Shown here: piece after piece, positions 9,164 to 18,429 of the stretch | How positions within the stretch are numbered: position 1 is the stretch's first letter | How the letters are laid out: each line of letters begins with the position of its first letter | NCBI GenBank assembly: GCA_027459605.1 | Contig: DAIDHR010000004.1 | Location: 3,886-67,885 of the forward strand | Direction of reading: 5' to 3' | From: Alphaproteobacteria bacterium | Lineage (GTDB): Bacteria; Pseudomonadota; Alphaproteobacteria; UBA9655 | DNA length: 64,000 nt | Notes under the pieces: generated by a model | The model's database searches: none | What the model was told of the DNA's origin: nothing | The model's input: the letters and a program-made list of their open reading frames with translations, nothing else | Made by a program: the position numbers and the translations under genes

Positions 9164-12100
9164 ATGAAAAGAGACGGATATTTTCGTAATCCAACCGTTT
9201 GGAAGGATAAGCTTGTTTTTATAGCCGATGATGATTTGTGGGAAGTCCAACTTTCTGGAGGAAAAGCTGAACGCCTCACATCAGGAATAGGTGAGTCCAA
9301 TGATCCCTGTTTCTCCCCCGATGGAAAATGGATTGCATTCACAGGGACCTATGAGGGTCATCCGGAAGTTTATGTGATGTCTTCTGAAGGAGGAGAACCA
9401 CAACGCCTAACTTATATTTCTGAAGGCTCCTCTGTCGTTGGATGGAAATCGCAAAGTGAGGTGATTTTCTCTTCCACAAAAAATAATCCATTCCGCCTGA
9501 GAGCACTCTATACGGTAAATACAAAAACTGGAAAAATTGAAAAAATTCCTTGTGGGCCTTCAAACTTCATTTCCTATAACCCTCAAGGGAAGGGCTCAGT
9601 CATCCAACGCCATGGTCATGGATACGTTTCTTGGAAGCGTTATCGAGGAGGAACGGCCGGCGAGCTTTGGATAGACAACCAAGGAATTGGAAACTTTCGC
9701 AAACTCATCCCTGTTCAAGGAAATGCCCTGCGTCCTCTTTGGGTGAAGAGCCGTATTTACTTTGTGAGCGATCATCAGGGCCATGGAAATGTTTATTCTT
9801 GCACCCCAGAAGGAACAGACCTTAAACGCCACACCTCCCATGAAGATTATTTTGTACGTGGGCTCAACCACCATGGAAACTCATTAGTTTATACTGCTGG
9901 TGGAACTCTTTTCCATTTTTCGTTAGATGAAATAACCTCGCTGAAGATTGATGTTGATTTTCCCTCTTCTTTTTCTCAACGGGCAAGAAAGTTCGTAGAT
10001 GCTTCTTTATATCTCTCTAGTTATAGTCTTGATAAAAAAGGATCTCACCTCGCAATTACTACCCGTGGCCGGCCTTTTTCTTTTTCAAATTGGGAAGGGG
10101 CTGTCCATCAATATGGAGAAAAGGATGGAATTCGATACAAGTTCATAACATGGCTTTATGATAATAAACGGCTTTTAATTGTTAGCAACCGGGAAGGTGA
10201 AGATAGGCTTGAAATTCATGATACTGATCCTTTAAAATCGCCAAAAATTCTAAACAAGTTAGATTTAGGGCGAGTTCTAACTATAAAACCATCTCCCACG
10301 CAGGACGAAGCTGTTCTTATCAATCATCGCTGCGAGCTTTTTCACATTAACTTAAAGTCTCAAAAGCTTCATCTTATTGATAAAAGCGTTTTTGGAGACA
10401 TGGGAGGACTCAGTTGGTCACCAGATAACAAGTGGATTGTCTATGATTTTCCCCTCACCGATCGTTTAAGAGCCATTAAGCTTTGTGAGATTAAAGGCTT
10501 TAAAACCCATGTGATTACACGGCCCCTTCGGGAAGATTTTTCACCTAGTTTTGATCCTGAAGGAAAGTACATTTATTTTCTCTCTAGGCGTATTTATTCG
10601 CCCACGTCAGATAATCTTCAGTTTGAATTTGGTTTTCCAAAGGGAACAAAACCATTTCTCATTCTTCTCGATGAAACCTTACCATCCCCCTTTGTGCCTC
10701 AAGTCAAAGAAGAGAGCGAACAGCACAAGAAAAAAAAGAAAACGGACGAAAAAAAAGAAGAAGGGGTTAAAACCATAAAAATTGATCTTAAAGGAATTGA
10801 AGATCGAGTTTTAGAATTTCCTGTCTCAGAAGGAGTTTATAGTTCTATCCGGGGAATTCCTGGAAAAGCACTTTATCTTTCGATCCCCATTCACGGTGCT
10901 CCTGAAGGAGAGGAGGAAGATTCAACAATGCGTGGTAACCTAGACTGTTATGATTTTGCGATGAAAAAAGAAGACACGCTCATTTCAAAAATCTCTTCTT
11001 TTGCCCTGTCTGGAGATAACCAATGGCTCTGTTACTATAGTGCCAGAAGATTGCGCGTTGTAAAGGCCGGCGAAAAGCCTCAGGATAGCGATTCTTCCTA
11101 TCGTAAGGGAGGATGGATTGATCTTTCCCGAATCAAGGTGTCTGTAACCCCTCTAAAGGAATGGGTTCAAATTTTCGATGAAGTTTGGCGCCTTCAAAAA
11201 GATTTCTTTTGGACTGAGGACATGTCCATGGTGGACTGGAGGGGAATTTATAACCGCTATCGCCCTCTTGTTGACCGAATTGCAACGCGTGGAGATCTCA
11301 CAGATCTTATTTCTGAAATGCACGGCGAACTGGGAACCTCCCATGCTTATGTCTTCGGTGGAGATTTCCGACAACCGTCCTCTTACCCCCTTGGAGATTT
11401 AGGGGCGGATTTTGTTTTTGACCCGGACCACAAAGCTTATAAAATTCTTAACATTGCTCAAGGAGATCGCTGGAGCCCATCTCAAACATCTCCATTAACT
11501 TCTCCGGGCCTTGGGATTCAAGAGGGAACCTTTTTACTTGCTGTAAATGGCCAAAGACTTGATGAAAAAACCCCTCCGGAAAAACTACTCGTTAATCAAG
11601 CTCGAAATATGGTCTCACTTCTGGTCAAAGACAAAAAGAAAAATACAAAAAGCGTTTTTGTGAGAACTCTCTTTTCTCAAACACCTGCTCGCTATCGTGA
11701 TTGGGTTGAAAAAAATAGGGCTTATATTCACGAAAAAACAAATGGTCAAGTGGGATACATTCATATCCCAGACATGGGTCTAAAAGGGTTTGCTGAATTT
11801 CACCGCAGTTTTTTAGCTGAACTCAACCGAGATGGCCTCATCGTTGATGTTCGCTTTAATGGAGGAGGAAACGTATCAGCCCTTCTTCTTGAAAAACTGG
11901 GACGTAAACGTCTTGGCTATGATCAAAGTCGCTGGTGGGGATCTATGCCTTATCCTTATGAATCCCCCATGGGCCCCATGGTAGCTCTTACCAATGAATA
12001 TGCAGGATCTGATGGCGATATTTTCTCCCATAGCTTTAAAATGTTAAAACTTGGTCCCCTTATCGGAAAACGGACATGGGGAGGAGTCGTTGGAATTTGG

Positions 12101-12364
12101 CCTCGCCACAGTCTTGTTGATGGCGGATCAACAACACAACCTGAATTTTCTTTTTGGTTTCACGATGTAGGTTGGGGCGTTGAAAATTATGGAGTAGATC
12201 CTGATATTGAAGTTGAAATAACCCCTCAAGATTATGAACAAGGAATAGATCCCCAGATTGACCGGGGAATTGCTGAGGTTCTTGCAATTTTAAAGGCTTC
12301 GCCTTCGCAAAAACCAACCTTATTAGAAAGGCCGAATCTAGCCCCTCCTCGATTGGGAAAGTAA
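9164..12364 (+). CDS. Tricorn protease homologue (S41-family, beta-propeller + PDZ + peptidase domains)
   Basis: 1066 aa. N-terminus FRNPTVWKDKLVFIADDDLWEV...GKAERLTSG is typical of tricorn homologues. The C-terminal S41 core contains GSDGDIFSH and RTWGGVVG. Confidence 0.85.
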   Translation: MKRDGYFRNPTVWKDKLVFIADDDLWEVQLSGGKAERLTSGIGESNDPCFSPDGKWIAFTGTYEGHPEVYVMSSEGGEPQRLTYISEGSSVVGWKSQSEVIFSSTKNNPFRLRALYTVNTKTGKIEKIPCGPSNFISYNPQGKGSVIQRHGHGYVSWKRYRGGTAGELWIDNQGIGNFRKLIPVQGNALRPLWVKSRIYFVSDHQGHGNVYSCTPEGTDLKRHTSHEDYFVRGLNHHGNSLVYTAGGTLFHFSLDEITSLKIDVDFPSSFSQRARKFVDASLYLSSYSLDKKGSHLAITTRGRPFSFSNWEGAVHQYGEKDGIRYKFITWLYDNKRLLIVSNREGEDRLEIHDTDPLKSPKILNKLDLGRVLTIKPSPTQDEAVLINHRCELFHINLKSQKLHLIDKSVFGDMGGLSWSPDNKWIVYDFPLTDRLRAIKLCEIKGFKTHVITRPLREDFSPSFDPEGKYIYFLSRRIYSPTSDNLQFEFGFPKGTKPFLILLDETLPSPFVPQVKEESEQHKKKKKTDEKKEEGVKTIKIDLKGIEDRVLEFPVSEGVYSSIRGIPGKALYLSIPIHGAPEGEEEDSTMRGNLDCYDFAMKKEDTLISKISSFALSGDNQWLCYYSARRLRVVKAGEKPQDSDSSYRKGGWIDLSRIKVSVTPLKEWVQIFDEVWRLQKDFFWTEDMSMVDWRGIYNRYRPLVDRIATRGDLTDLISEMHGELGTSHAYVFGGDFRQPSSYPLGDLGADFVFDPDHKAYKILNIAQGDRWSPSQTSPLTSPGLGIQEGTFLLAVNGQRLDEKTPPEKLLVNQARNMVSLLVKDKKKNTKSVFVRTLFSQTPARYRDWVEKNRAYIHEKTNGQVGYIHIPDMGLKGFAEFHRSFLAELNRDGLIVDVRFNGGGNVSALLLEKLGRKRLGYDQSRWWGSMPYPYESPMGPMVALTNEYAGSDGDIFSHSFKMLKLGPLIGKRTWGGVVGIWPRHSLVDGGSTTQPEFSFWFHDVGWGVENYGVDPDIEVEITPQDYEQGIDPQIDRGIAEVLAILKASPSQKPTLLERPNLAPPRLGK

Positions 12365-12387
12365 AGGTATACCCGCCTATATCAAAG

Positions 12388-12415
12388 AACTCCTAAGGTA
12401 GTAATCTTAGGAGTT
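12388..12415. terminator. Hairpin between convergent genes (possible bidirectional terminator)
   Basis: Arms AACTCCTAAG and CTTAGGAGTT with an 8-nt loop. No clean T-tract on either strand. It overlaps the stop codon of the minus-strand gene. Confidence 0.35.
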
Positions 12416-13504
12416 TGGGTTATTGTTTTCTTTGATTTCATCATCTGAATTCTCAAATATTAGAACTCGGCGTGATCGTGGTGATTTGGGTGGAGTGGGA
12501 TCAAAATTTCCTTTTTCAATCTCTTTAGCACGCTCTTTCCAATAATCTATCCTCCACTTGGAAAAAGACTCTCTATCAATAAGAGATTTCCCTTTTCGAA
12601 AATGAAGGAGATTTTTTTCTATTGTTTGACCATCCTTCCGCATAAGAAGAGCTGCATCTTTTGAAAGGCTTGAGGCTAGAATGTTAACCGAATTTTGCTC
12701 TTCATCAACCTTTACCAAAAGACGTCCATCACGTCCCATATGTGCCCGCCGGGTTATTTCACAAATGGGATCTTCATTCGTTCCAGTATCTTTTTGAGTC
12801 ACATGATGAAGCTCTATTATAAAGGGAGATTGTTTTGAGCGGATCTGGCTAGGAGTCAAGTTTTTTCTCTCTTCTTCATTGGCGATTCCTTTCTGAGCAA
12901 CAGGAGATCGCCCTGAATTCATCCTTTGAAGATTTGTCTCCCATTTTCCAATATTATTGAGAACAAGAGCATATGGATTAAAAAGATGATCAGCTTGCAA
13001 AACGTATTTGTTTAATACAAAAACTTTTCTCGTATAATAATTTCCAGAATCATTTTTGCTGAAAATCTTCCGAAATTGCGGAGAGGTAAGATCACCCTCA
13101 TATTTTCCATACACGATATCACGCCTCATAGGAGACAAGTATTTTTTTAGGGGCGACTCCTCAGTAATTGAAGGATTAGGGTTTTGAGAATAATCCTCAT
13201 CTTTTAAAATTGTTTGAAGGCCCCCTCCATTTATTTTAGGAATTTCATTCTCTTTATCTTTTTCCAGAATCGTCTGCTGTTTCTTTTGTGAAGAACTTAT
13301 CTTTTGTTTCTTTTTTTTGACATCGGTCGTGCTTTTTTCAGAGAGTATTTTTCTCTTTTTTTGACTTACATTTTTTTCTATAACTTTTTTATTTAAATTT
13401 TTTGATGATATAGGATCTTCTATTAATTTTTTAGTTGCAAATGCGCCATTCAAAAAAAACACGCCAAAACCAGCAACAAAAAGAAATTCCCGAAAAATCA
13501 CCAT
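12407..13504 (-). CDS. Secreted lysine-rich protein with putative HNH/EndoVII (LHH-type) nuclease motif
   Basis: Signal peptide MVIFREFLFVAGFGVFFLNGAFA. A K-rich low-complexity region spans aa 35-95. Motif IIELHHVTQ-x13-CEITRRAH lies at aa 228-255. Confidence 0.65.
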   Translation of the reverse strand: MVIFREFLFVAGFGVFFLNGAFATKKLIEDPISSKNLNKKVIEKNVSQKKRKILSEKSTTDVKKKKQKISSSQKKQQTILEKDKENEIPKINGGGLQTILKDEDYSQNPNPSITEESPLKKYLSPMRRDIVYGKYEGDLTSPQFRKIFSKNDSGNYYTRKVFVLNKYVLQADHLFNPYALVLNNIGKWETNLQRMNSGRSPVAQKGIANEEERKNLTPSQIRSKQSPFIIELHHVTQKDTGTNEDPICEITRRAHMGRDGRLLVKVDEEQNSVNILASSLSKDAALLMRKDGQTIEKNLLHFRKGKSLIDRESFSKWRIDYWKERAKEIEKGNFDPTPPKSPRSRRVLIFENSDDEIKENNNPNS

Positions 13505-13633
13505 AACATACTGAAAATTAATTTAATAATTTATCGGTATGACGTTAAGTTTTAAAAATAACAAACAAAATTATGATATAAGAGATTTCCAAAAAAGTAT
13601 GATTAAAATAATAAAAATAAGTTAAATTTTTAA

Positions 13634-14305
13634 TTAAATTTTATATTTTATTTCCTCTTTTAATCGAAACGCGATAGAGAGGATTTTTTGGAATTCCCCT
13701 TCGGAAAATACCCAGAGTTTAATAGTCTCCAGCGCAGACTTATCCAGTCGCTCATATCCTGAACTCTTGTGGACAATTACTTCCTTTACACGTCCTTTTT
13801 CATCGGTCTTCACCTTTAAGGAAACAATGCCTTCCTGACCCCTTTTTCGACAAACCCAAGGATATTTAGGAAGGGGTTTATAGGCTTGCTTTTGAACCAA
13901 TTTAGATACATTGGTTTGTAAATTCCCTGAAGTTTCTTTTCTTGTCTTCTCAGCCCCGAAAGAGCCTAATTCATGAAAAGTGGAGTCAGCCAAATTAGCC
14001 GGCATGCTTCTTGTTTGAATAGGCGCTGGTTTAAAGGTCTTCTTTTTTATAACTCTCGGACTTTCTGTTTTATCATTCCTTGATGAAGGATGGTGTTTTA
14101 GGGAGGAAGGGGAATCTTTGGAAACATCTCTGGGATCCGATGCCTGTCCAAAGGTTGGCTTATTCATCCCTTTTACCCATATCACCTCTAACGCAAAGGG
14201 CCGATAAGAAGATGTTTTGGACGTACAAGGTATAAGAAAGCTCGCAACTAGCCCATGGATACCTAATGAGAAGAGGAAGGATAAAAGAAAAAACCGATCG
14301 CTCAT
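13634..14305 (-). CDS. TonB-family energy transducer
   Basis: N-terminal TM segment and a Pro/Ser-rich spacer. The C-terminal TonB domain reads YPWVCRKRGQEGIVSLKVKTDEKGRVKEVIVHKSSGYERLDKSALETI. There is a 4-nt overlap with the receptor gene. Confidence 0.85.
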   Translation of the reverse strand: MSDRFFLLSFLFSLGIHGLVASFLIPCTSKTSSYRPFALEVIWVKGMNKPTFGQASDPRDVSKDSPSSLKHHPSSRNDKTESPRVIKKKTFKPAPIQTRSMPANLADSTFHELGSFGAEKTRKETSGNLQTNVSKLVQKQAYKPLPKYPWVCRKRGQEGIVSLKVKTDEKGRVKEVIVHKSSGYERLDKSALETIKLWVFSEGEFQKILSIAFRLKEEIKYKI

Positions 14306-16146
14306 GTTTTTGCCTCAAGCCCAATAAAAATGGCCCTTCCCCTATTTCCATATCCAAAGATCTCTTCATAATGCCTATTCGTTATGTTTTCAATTCGCCA
14401 GAAAAGGCCTGCATGCTTATTGATATCATAAGATCCCCCAACGTGAATGGTTCCGTAAGGATTTAATCTTTTTTTCGTAACACTATCCTTTCTCTTCGTA
14501 ATCCCATACACTTGCATAAAAAAGGATAGATCTGAGAGAGCTTGCCAATAAACCTCTCCAGCTCCTTTAAAGCTTGGAATGAGAGGTGATTTTGTTTTAT
14601 GGGGAAAATCTCGTGCATGAGTATAGGTCAGGGCTACCTTAAACTCTAGATTTTCATCAGGTTTTATGGCAAATGCCATTTCAAGCCCTTTTGCATCTCT
14701 CCTCTCCCCATTATACCGTTGCCATTTCCCACCCGGGACTTTCCTTGAGAGGGTTATCTTTTCAATCCTCGTGAAAAAACCCGTCAGACTTGCTTTCAAG
14801 CTATCCTCAAAAAAAGTTTGATCAACACCAAACTCAAAACTCTGGCTTGTCTCTGGCTTTAAGAAAGGGTTAGGAATTTGCCAAGGAGAGTTCTTTTGGA
14901 AAAGATCAGACAAAACGGGGGGTTTAAAATTAGTCCCATAACTTGTTCGAAGAATGGTTCTGGGAGTTACCTTCTGATCAATGCCCACATTAAATGTCAC
15001 CCGACTTTTAAGAGATTGGTAGTGATCCATACGAGCACCTCCCTTTAGCTCAGTTGCCTCAAAAGGTTTAAAAAGAGTAATGAGATAAAGGCCCCCGTGA
15101 TTTCTTTTATGAAATTCTTTTTCTTTTGCTCGTTCCTGGCCAACATCTAAACCCGTAATCAACGTCGTCTGAGAATTTATTTGAATATCAGACCGGTATA
15201 AGAGAAAAGGATGTTCGCCTATCGTCTTATTATGAAAGGTTGGCATGGTCGTTTTTCGTAAGGTCCGAGAATACATGGCCTTCAAAGAATGTTCCCCTAT
15301 TTCACTTCCCCATTTATTTTCAAGACTTGTTAAAAGAGTATCCGTCTCACTAAAATTTCGGGCCTCAAAAGGAAGAAAAATAGTCTTTTCTGGTATAAAC
15401 TTAGGGCTATCAAATTGAACTTTCGCGTCATAGTACCTAAGAAGACCCTCTATTTCCCAATCATCGGTTAGGGCATAGCCAATACGTGTGGAAAAAGTCC
15501 CATTTCGATAGCGATCACTTTGACGATTTCCATGTATAGCGTTTGTAAAAGAAGAGGGGCCTCTCGAAAATCCAGCAAGTGTTGTAGAAAATTGAAGGGG
15601 CCCATTTTCTCCTTGACCAGTTATGGCCCCATTTTTGGTTAGGAAACTTCCACCTTCAACCACCCCCTTTAAAGAAGGATTCCCACGCCCTTTCTTTGGG
15701 ATAAGCTGAATGACACCCCCCAGAGCCCCTGGACCATAAGCTAAGGTTTGAGGCCCCGGAAGGACTTCAATCCTATCTAGATCAGCATTTAAAAAATTTG
15801 ACAAATCGACCCCTCCTCCCGAAGCTGGATCGTTGGCATAAATTCCATCTACCAAGACCAAATTTTGAGCAGACCTTGCACCTCTGATGGAAAAATCAAC
15901 TTGTCTTCCAACAGGGCCATTTAAATTCAAAACAACGCTTGGAGCATATTTTAAGGAATCCTTTAAGAAAATTTCCTGATAGTTTTCAATTTCTTTATTA
16001 TGAATAACTGTTTCATATCCTCCGATTCCCTCAGAAAGCGAAGGAATAGAGCTTGCCGTCACTTCATAGCTCTCGTTTTGAGAAGCAACAGCGATGGAGG
16101 GGATTAAGACAATAAGATGGCATAAAACAATATAAGAAAAGGTCAT
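14302..16146 (-). CDS. btuB: TonB-dependent receptor, BtuB-like (cobalamin riboswitch-controlled)
   Basis: Plug and barrel motifs are present (IEVLPGPQTLAYGPGALGGVIQL). The ligand is inferred from the riboswitch immediately upstream. Start taken at ATG 16146, which has GGAGG 5 nt upstream. Confidence 0.8.
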   Translation of the reverse strand: MTFSYIVLCHLIVLIPSIAVASQNESYEVTASSIPSLSEGIGGYETVIHNKEIENYQEIFLKDSLKYAPSVVLNLNGPVGRQVDFSIRGARSAQNLVLVDGIYANDPASGGGVDLSNFLNADLDRIEVLPGPQTLAYGPGALGGVIQLIPKKGRGNPSLKGVVEGGSFLTKNGAITGQGENGPLQFSTTLAGFSRGPSSFTNAIHGNRQSDRYRNGTFSTRIGYALTDDWEIEGLLRYYDAKVQFDSPKFIPEKTIFLPFEARNFSETDTLLTSLENKWGSEIGEHSLKAMYSRTLRKTTMPTFHNKTIGEHPFLLYRSDIQINSQTTLITGLDVGQERAKEKEFHKRNHGGLYLITLFKPFEATELKGGARMDHYQSLKSRVTFNVGIDQKVTPRTILRTSYGTNFKPPVLSDLFQKNSPWQIPNPFLKPETSQSFEFGVDQTFFEDSLKASLTGFFTRIEKITLSRKVPGGKWQRYNGERRDAKGLEMAFAIKPDENLEFKVALTYTHARDFPHKTKSPLIPSFKGAGEVYWQALSDLSFFMQVYGITKRKDSVTKKRLNPYGTIHVGGSYDINKHAGLFWRIENITNRHYEEIFGYGNRGRAIFIGLEAKT

Positions 16147-16194
16147 GGAGCCTCCGCATCGTAGGTTGACAATTTTTGTTGTCACCACTAACGG

Positions 16195-16395
16195 ATTGCC
16201 GTGACTTTTGACGCACCCCGCGCAAAAGGTTGATGACTCGTTATGGCAGGTCTCCTGGCTTAGGCGTCATCACCCTGTCTCCCCCTTCCCAAAGTAATCC
16301 TTCAGTGAGTTCATGGAGTGGGCTCTTCCCTTACAGTTACGGGGGTAGCCACGGGTTTAAACCGTGTTCCCTCTTCGGCAAAAATGCACCATAAC
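16195..16395 (-). promoter_or_regulatory. Cobalamin (B12) riboswitch
   Basis: The minus strand reads GTTATGGTGC...GAAGAGGGAACACGGTTTAAACCCGTGGCTACCCCCGTAACTGTAAGGG...CACTGAAGG...GGGAAGGGGG...AGCCAGGAGACCTGCCATAAC. This gives the P1 pairing, the conserved core and the B12 box. Confidence 0.9.
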
Positions 16396-16582
16396 TATTT
16401 AAGGAATAAAATCTGCGGATAAACCTGTCAAGGTATGTGTTGAAATAAAAGGTGCTTTATTAATCACATTAGAGAAGCCCATAAACTAAAGGATTGAACG
16501 CAACGAAAAGGTCCATAAGCTAAAGAAACTTTCCTAACATTTTTCTTTCCTTATGATAAACTAAAGAGAGAAAGGTAAATGT

Positions 16583-17353
16583 ATGTGGCCCGATGTCATC
16601 GAAATGCGTGATTTTTACACAACCCCTCTGGGCTTTGTGGCGCGTCGCATGATCCGACGTAAAATCCGAGATTTCTGGCCAAATGTTAAAGGGCGAAACA
16701 TGATGGCTCTTGGATACCCCACCCCCTTCTTAAGGTATTACCGAGAGGAAGCTCAAAGACTCATTGCGCTTATGCCAGCCGAACAAGGGGCGCTTTCTTG
16801 GTCCCGGAAAACACCGAATATCGTAGCCTTAACTGAAGCAAATCAACTTCCTCTTGCCAATAAGTCTGTTGATTTTGTTCTGATCGCTCACGCCCTAGAA
16901 TTTAGCTCAAACCCTCAGAAATTAATTCAAGAAGCCTGGCGTGTTTTAGCCGATGGTGGACGCCTCATTTTAGTTGTTCCGAATCGAACAGGCATCTGGG
17001 CTCGAATTGAAAAAACACCTTTTGGGGGAGGACACCCTTACAGCCTTTCCCAAATCAACAAATTTTTAAAGGAAAATACATTTACTCCTCTTCGCGCTGA
17101 CCACGCCCTTTACATTCCTCCTTCTCAATCCAGGATATTTCTGAGTACAGCAAGTGCCTGGGAAAATATTGGGCATAAATGGTTTCGCAACCTCTCGGGC
17201 GTCTTGATCATTGAAGCCTCAAAGGATGTTTATGCGGGAACTGCCGTTGCACAAGTTGCTTGGAAAGGAAAATACCAAGTCGCTAAAAAATTGGTGCTCC
17301 CTATTAATAACAAAAACCCATCAAACGGGTTACATAACCTGAGTTTTGGCTAA
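16583..17353 (+). CDS. Class I SAM-dependent methyltransferase (type 11)
   Basis: Contains VDFVLIAHALEF and the EAWRVLADGGRLILVVPN motifs. The last 6 codons and the stop lie inside the MITE terminal repeat. Confidence 0.8.
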   Translation: MWPDVIEMRDFYTTPLGFVARRMIRRKIRDFWPNVKGRNMMALGYPTPFLRYYREEAQRLIALMPAEQGALSWSRKTPNIVALTEANQLPLANKSVDFVLIAHALEFSSNPQKLIQEAWRVLADGGRLILVVPNRTGIWARIEKTPFGGGHPYSLSQINKFLKENTFTPLRADHALYIPPSQSRIFLSTASAWENIGHKWFRNLSGVLIIEASKDVYAGTAVAQVAWKGKYQVAKKLVLPINNKNPSNGLHNLSFG

Positions 17354-17535
17354 GGACTGTAATTTTATTAATAAAACCAATATACTATCGTCACCGCGAG
17401 GGATCCAAAAACACCAGGAAGGTCAGAAAAAATGATTAGGCAAGGGAATACTTCCTTAACAAAAGAGTGGATTGCCACGGCGCCTTTGGCGCCTCGCAGT
17501 GACGAATCTCCCCTCTTTAGCCAAAACTCAGGTTA
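17335..17535. mobile_element. MITE-like element, copy A (201 bp, perfect 19-bp TIRs)
   Basis: TAACCTGAGTTTTGGCTAA at 17335-17353 is the exact reverse complement of 17517-17535. Nested inverted repeat: CGTCACCGCGAGG / CCTCGCAGTGACG. About 68 nt are roughly 85% identical to the copy at 34382. Confidence 0.7.
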
Positions 17536-17764
17536 ATTTAAAATAGATTTACATTTTTTATAAGATTACGCCCATATAGACCCTGTAAAAAACCATATAG
17601 CGCTAGCTTGAAGGTGAATTTTTAGATTTGATTATAAGAAATATTAAAAATCAGGAAAGGTGAGGGATAGATTACTTCCATAGCCGGGGAGCTTAATACT
17701 CCTCTCCCCTCTGCTAATTTATGATCTCATTAGTTTTAAGGGCTCTATTCTAATGAATAGCTTT

Positions 17765-18214
17765 TTACTTATTTTTTCCTTTTCCCTTGCCTTTTTCGAC
17801 CACATTTAAAGATTCATCTAAACCCTCTTTAAACCGTTTTTTGATAGATTCATTCATTTTTTCATTTGACTTAACAAGAATGGAATTAAGCTCTCCTAAA
17901 TGCTCAAGAGTTTGTTCAACAGCTTCTTTTGCAGCCTCCGCAGGGAAAGCTGTTTTTTCATGAAGTGGAGATTGAAAAGGACGCGTTTTTACCTGTTCAT
18001 TCCATTGATTAAAAAGTTTTTTCACATATTGGTTTTGAATTTCTATTAAAGATTTCGTTGTTTCTATGGCAATTTGCTGGCTAGCATTTAAAAATTCCAT
18101 ATTATTTTGATAGCTTCGCAGAAAAATTTCCATGTTAATTCCTGGAAACTTAAATGGATTAAAGTAATTAAATCCTTTTTCACCGAGGGGGGGTATATTT
18201 GTTCCTTTAGCCAT
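17765..18214 (-). CDS. Phasin family protein (PHA granule-associated)
   Basis: The region FLRSYQNNMEFLNASQQIAIETTKSLIEIQNQYVKKLF looks phasin-like. Start taken at ATG 18214, which has AGGAG upstream. Confidence 0.75.
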   Translation of the reverse strand: MAKGTNIPPLGEKGFNYFNPFKFPGINMEIFLRSYQNNMEFLNASQQIAIETTKSLIEIQNQYVKKLFNQWNEQVKTRPFQSPLHEKTAFPAEAAKEAVEQTLEHLGELNSILVKSNEKMNESIKKRFKEGLDESLNVVEKGKGKGKNK

Positions 18215-18429
18215 AAGATGCTCTCCTCTTCGCCTTTTAAACGTTTTAGACTTTGTGCCTTTCATAAAAGTCCTTTTTTGGACAATAATAATTGCCGATC
18301 ATAAAATACTATCTCATAGATTTATTAAAAAATGTTTAATTACAAATTTGTTAAAATTTTAAAAAAATATAGCAAAAATTATTTTATTTGAAGCAAAGGA
18401 TGACTCCTTATCCCAAAGTCTCCTCAGGA

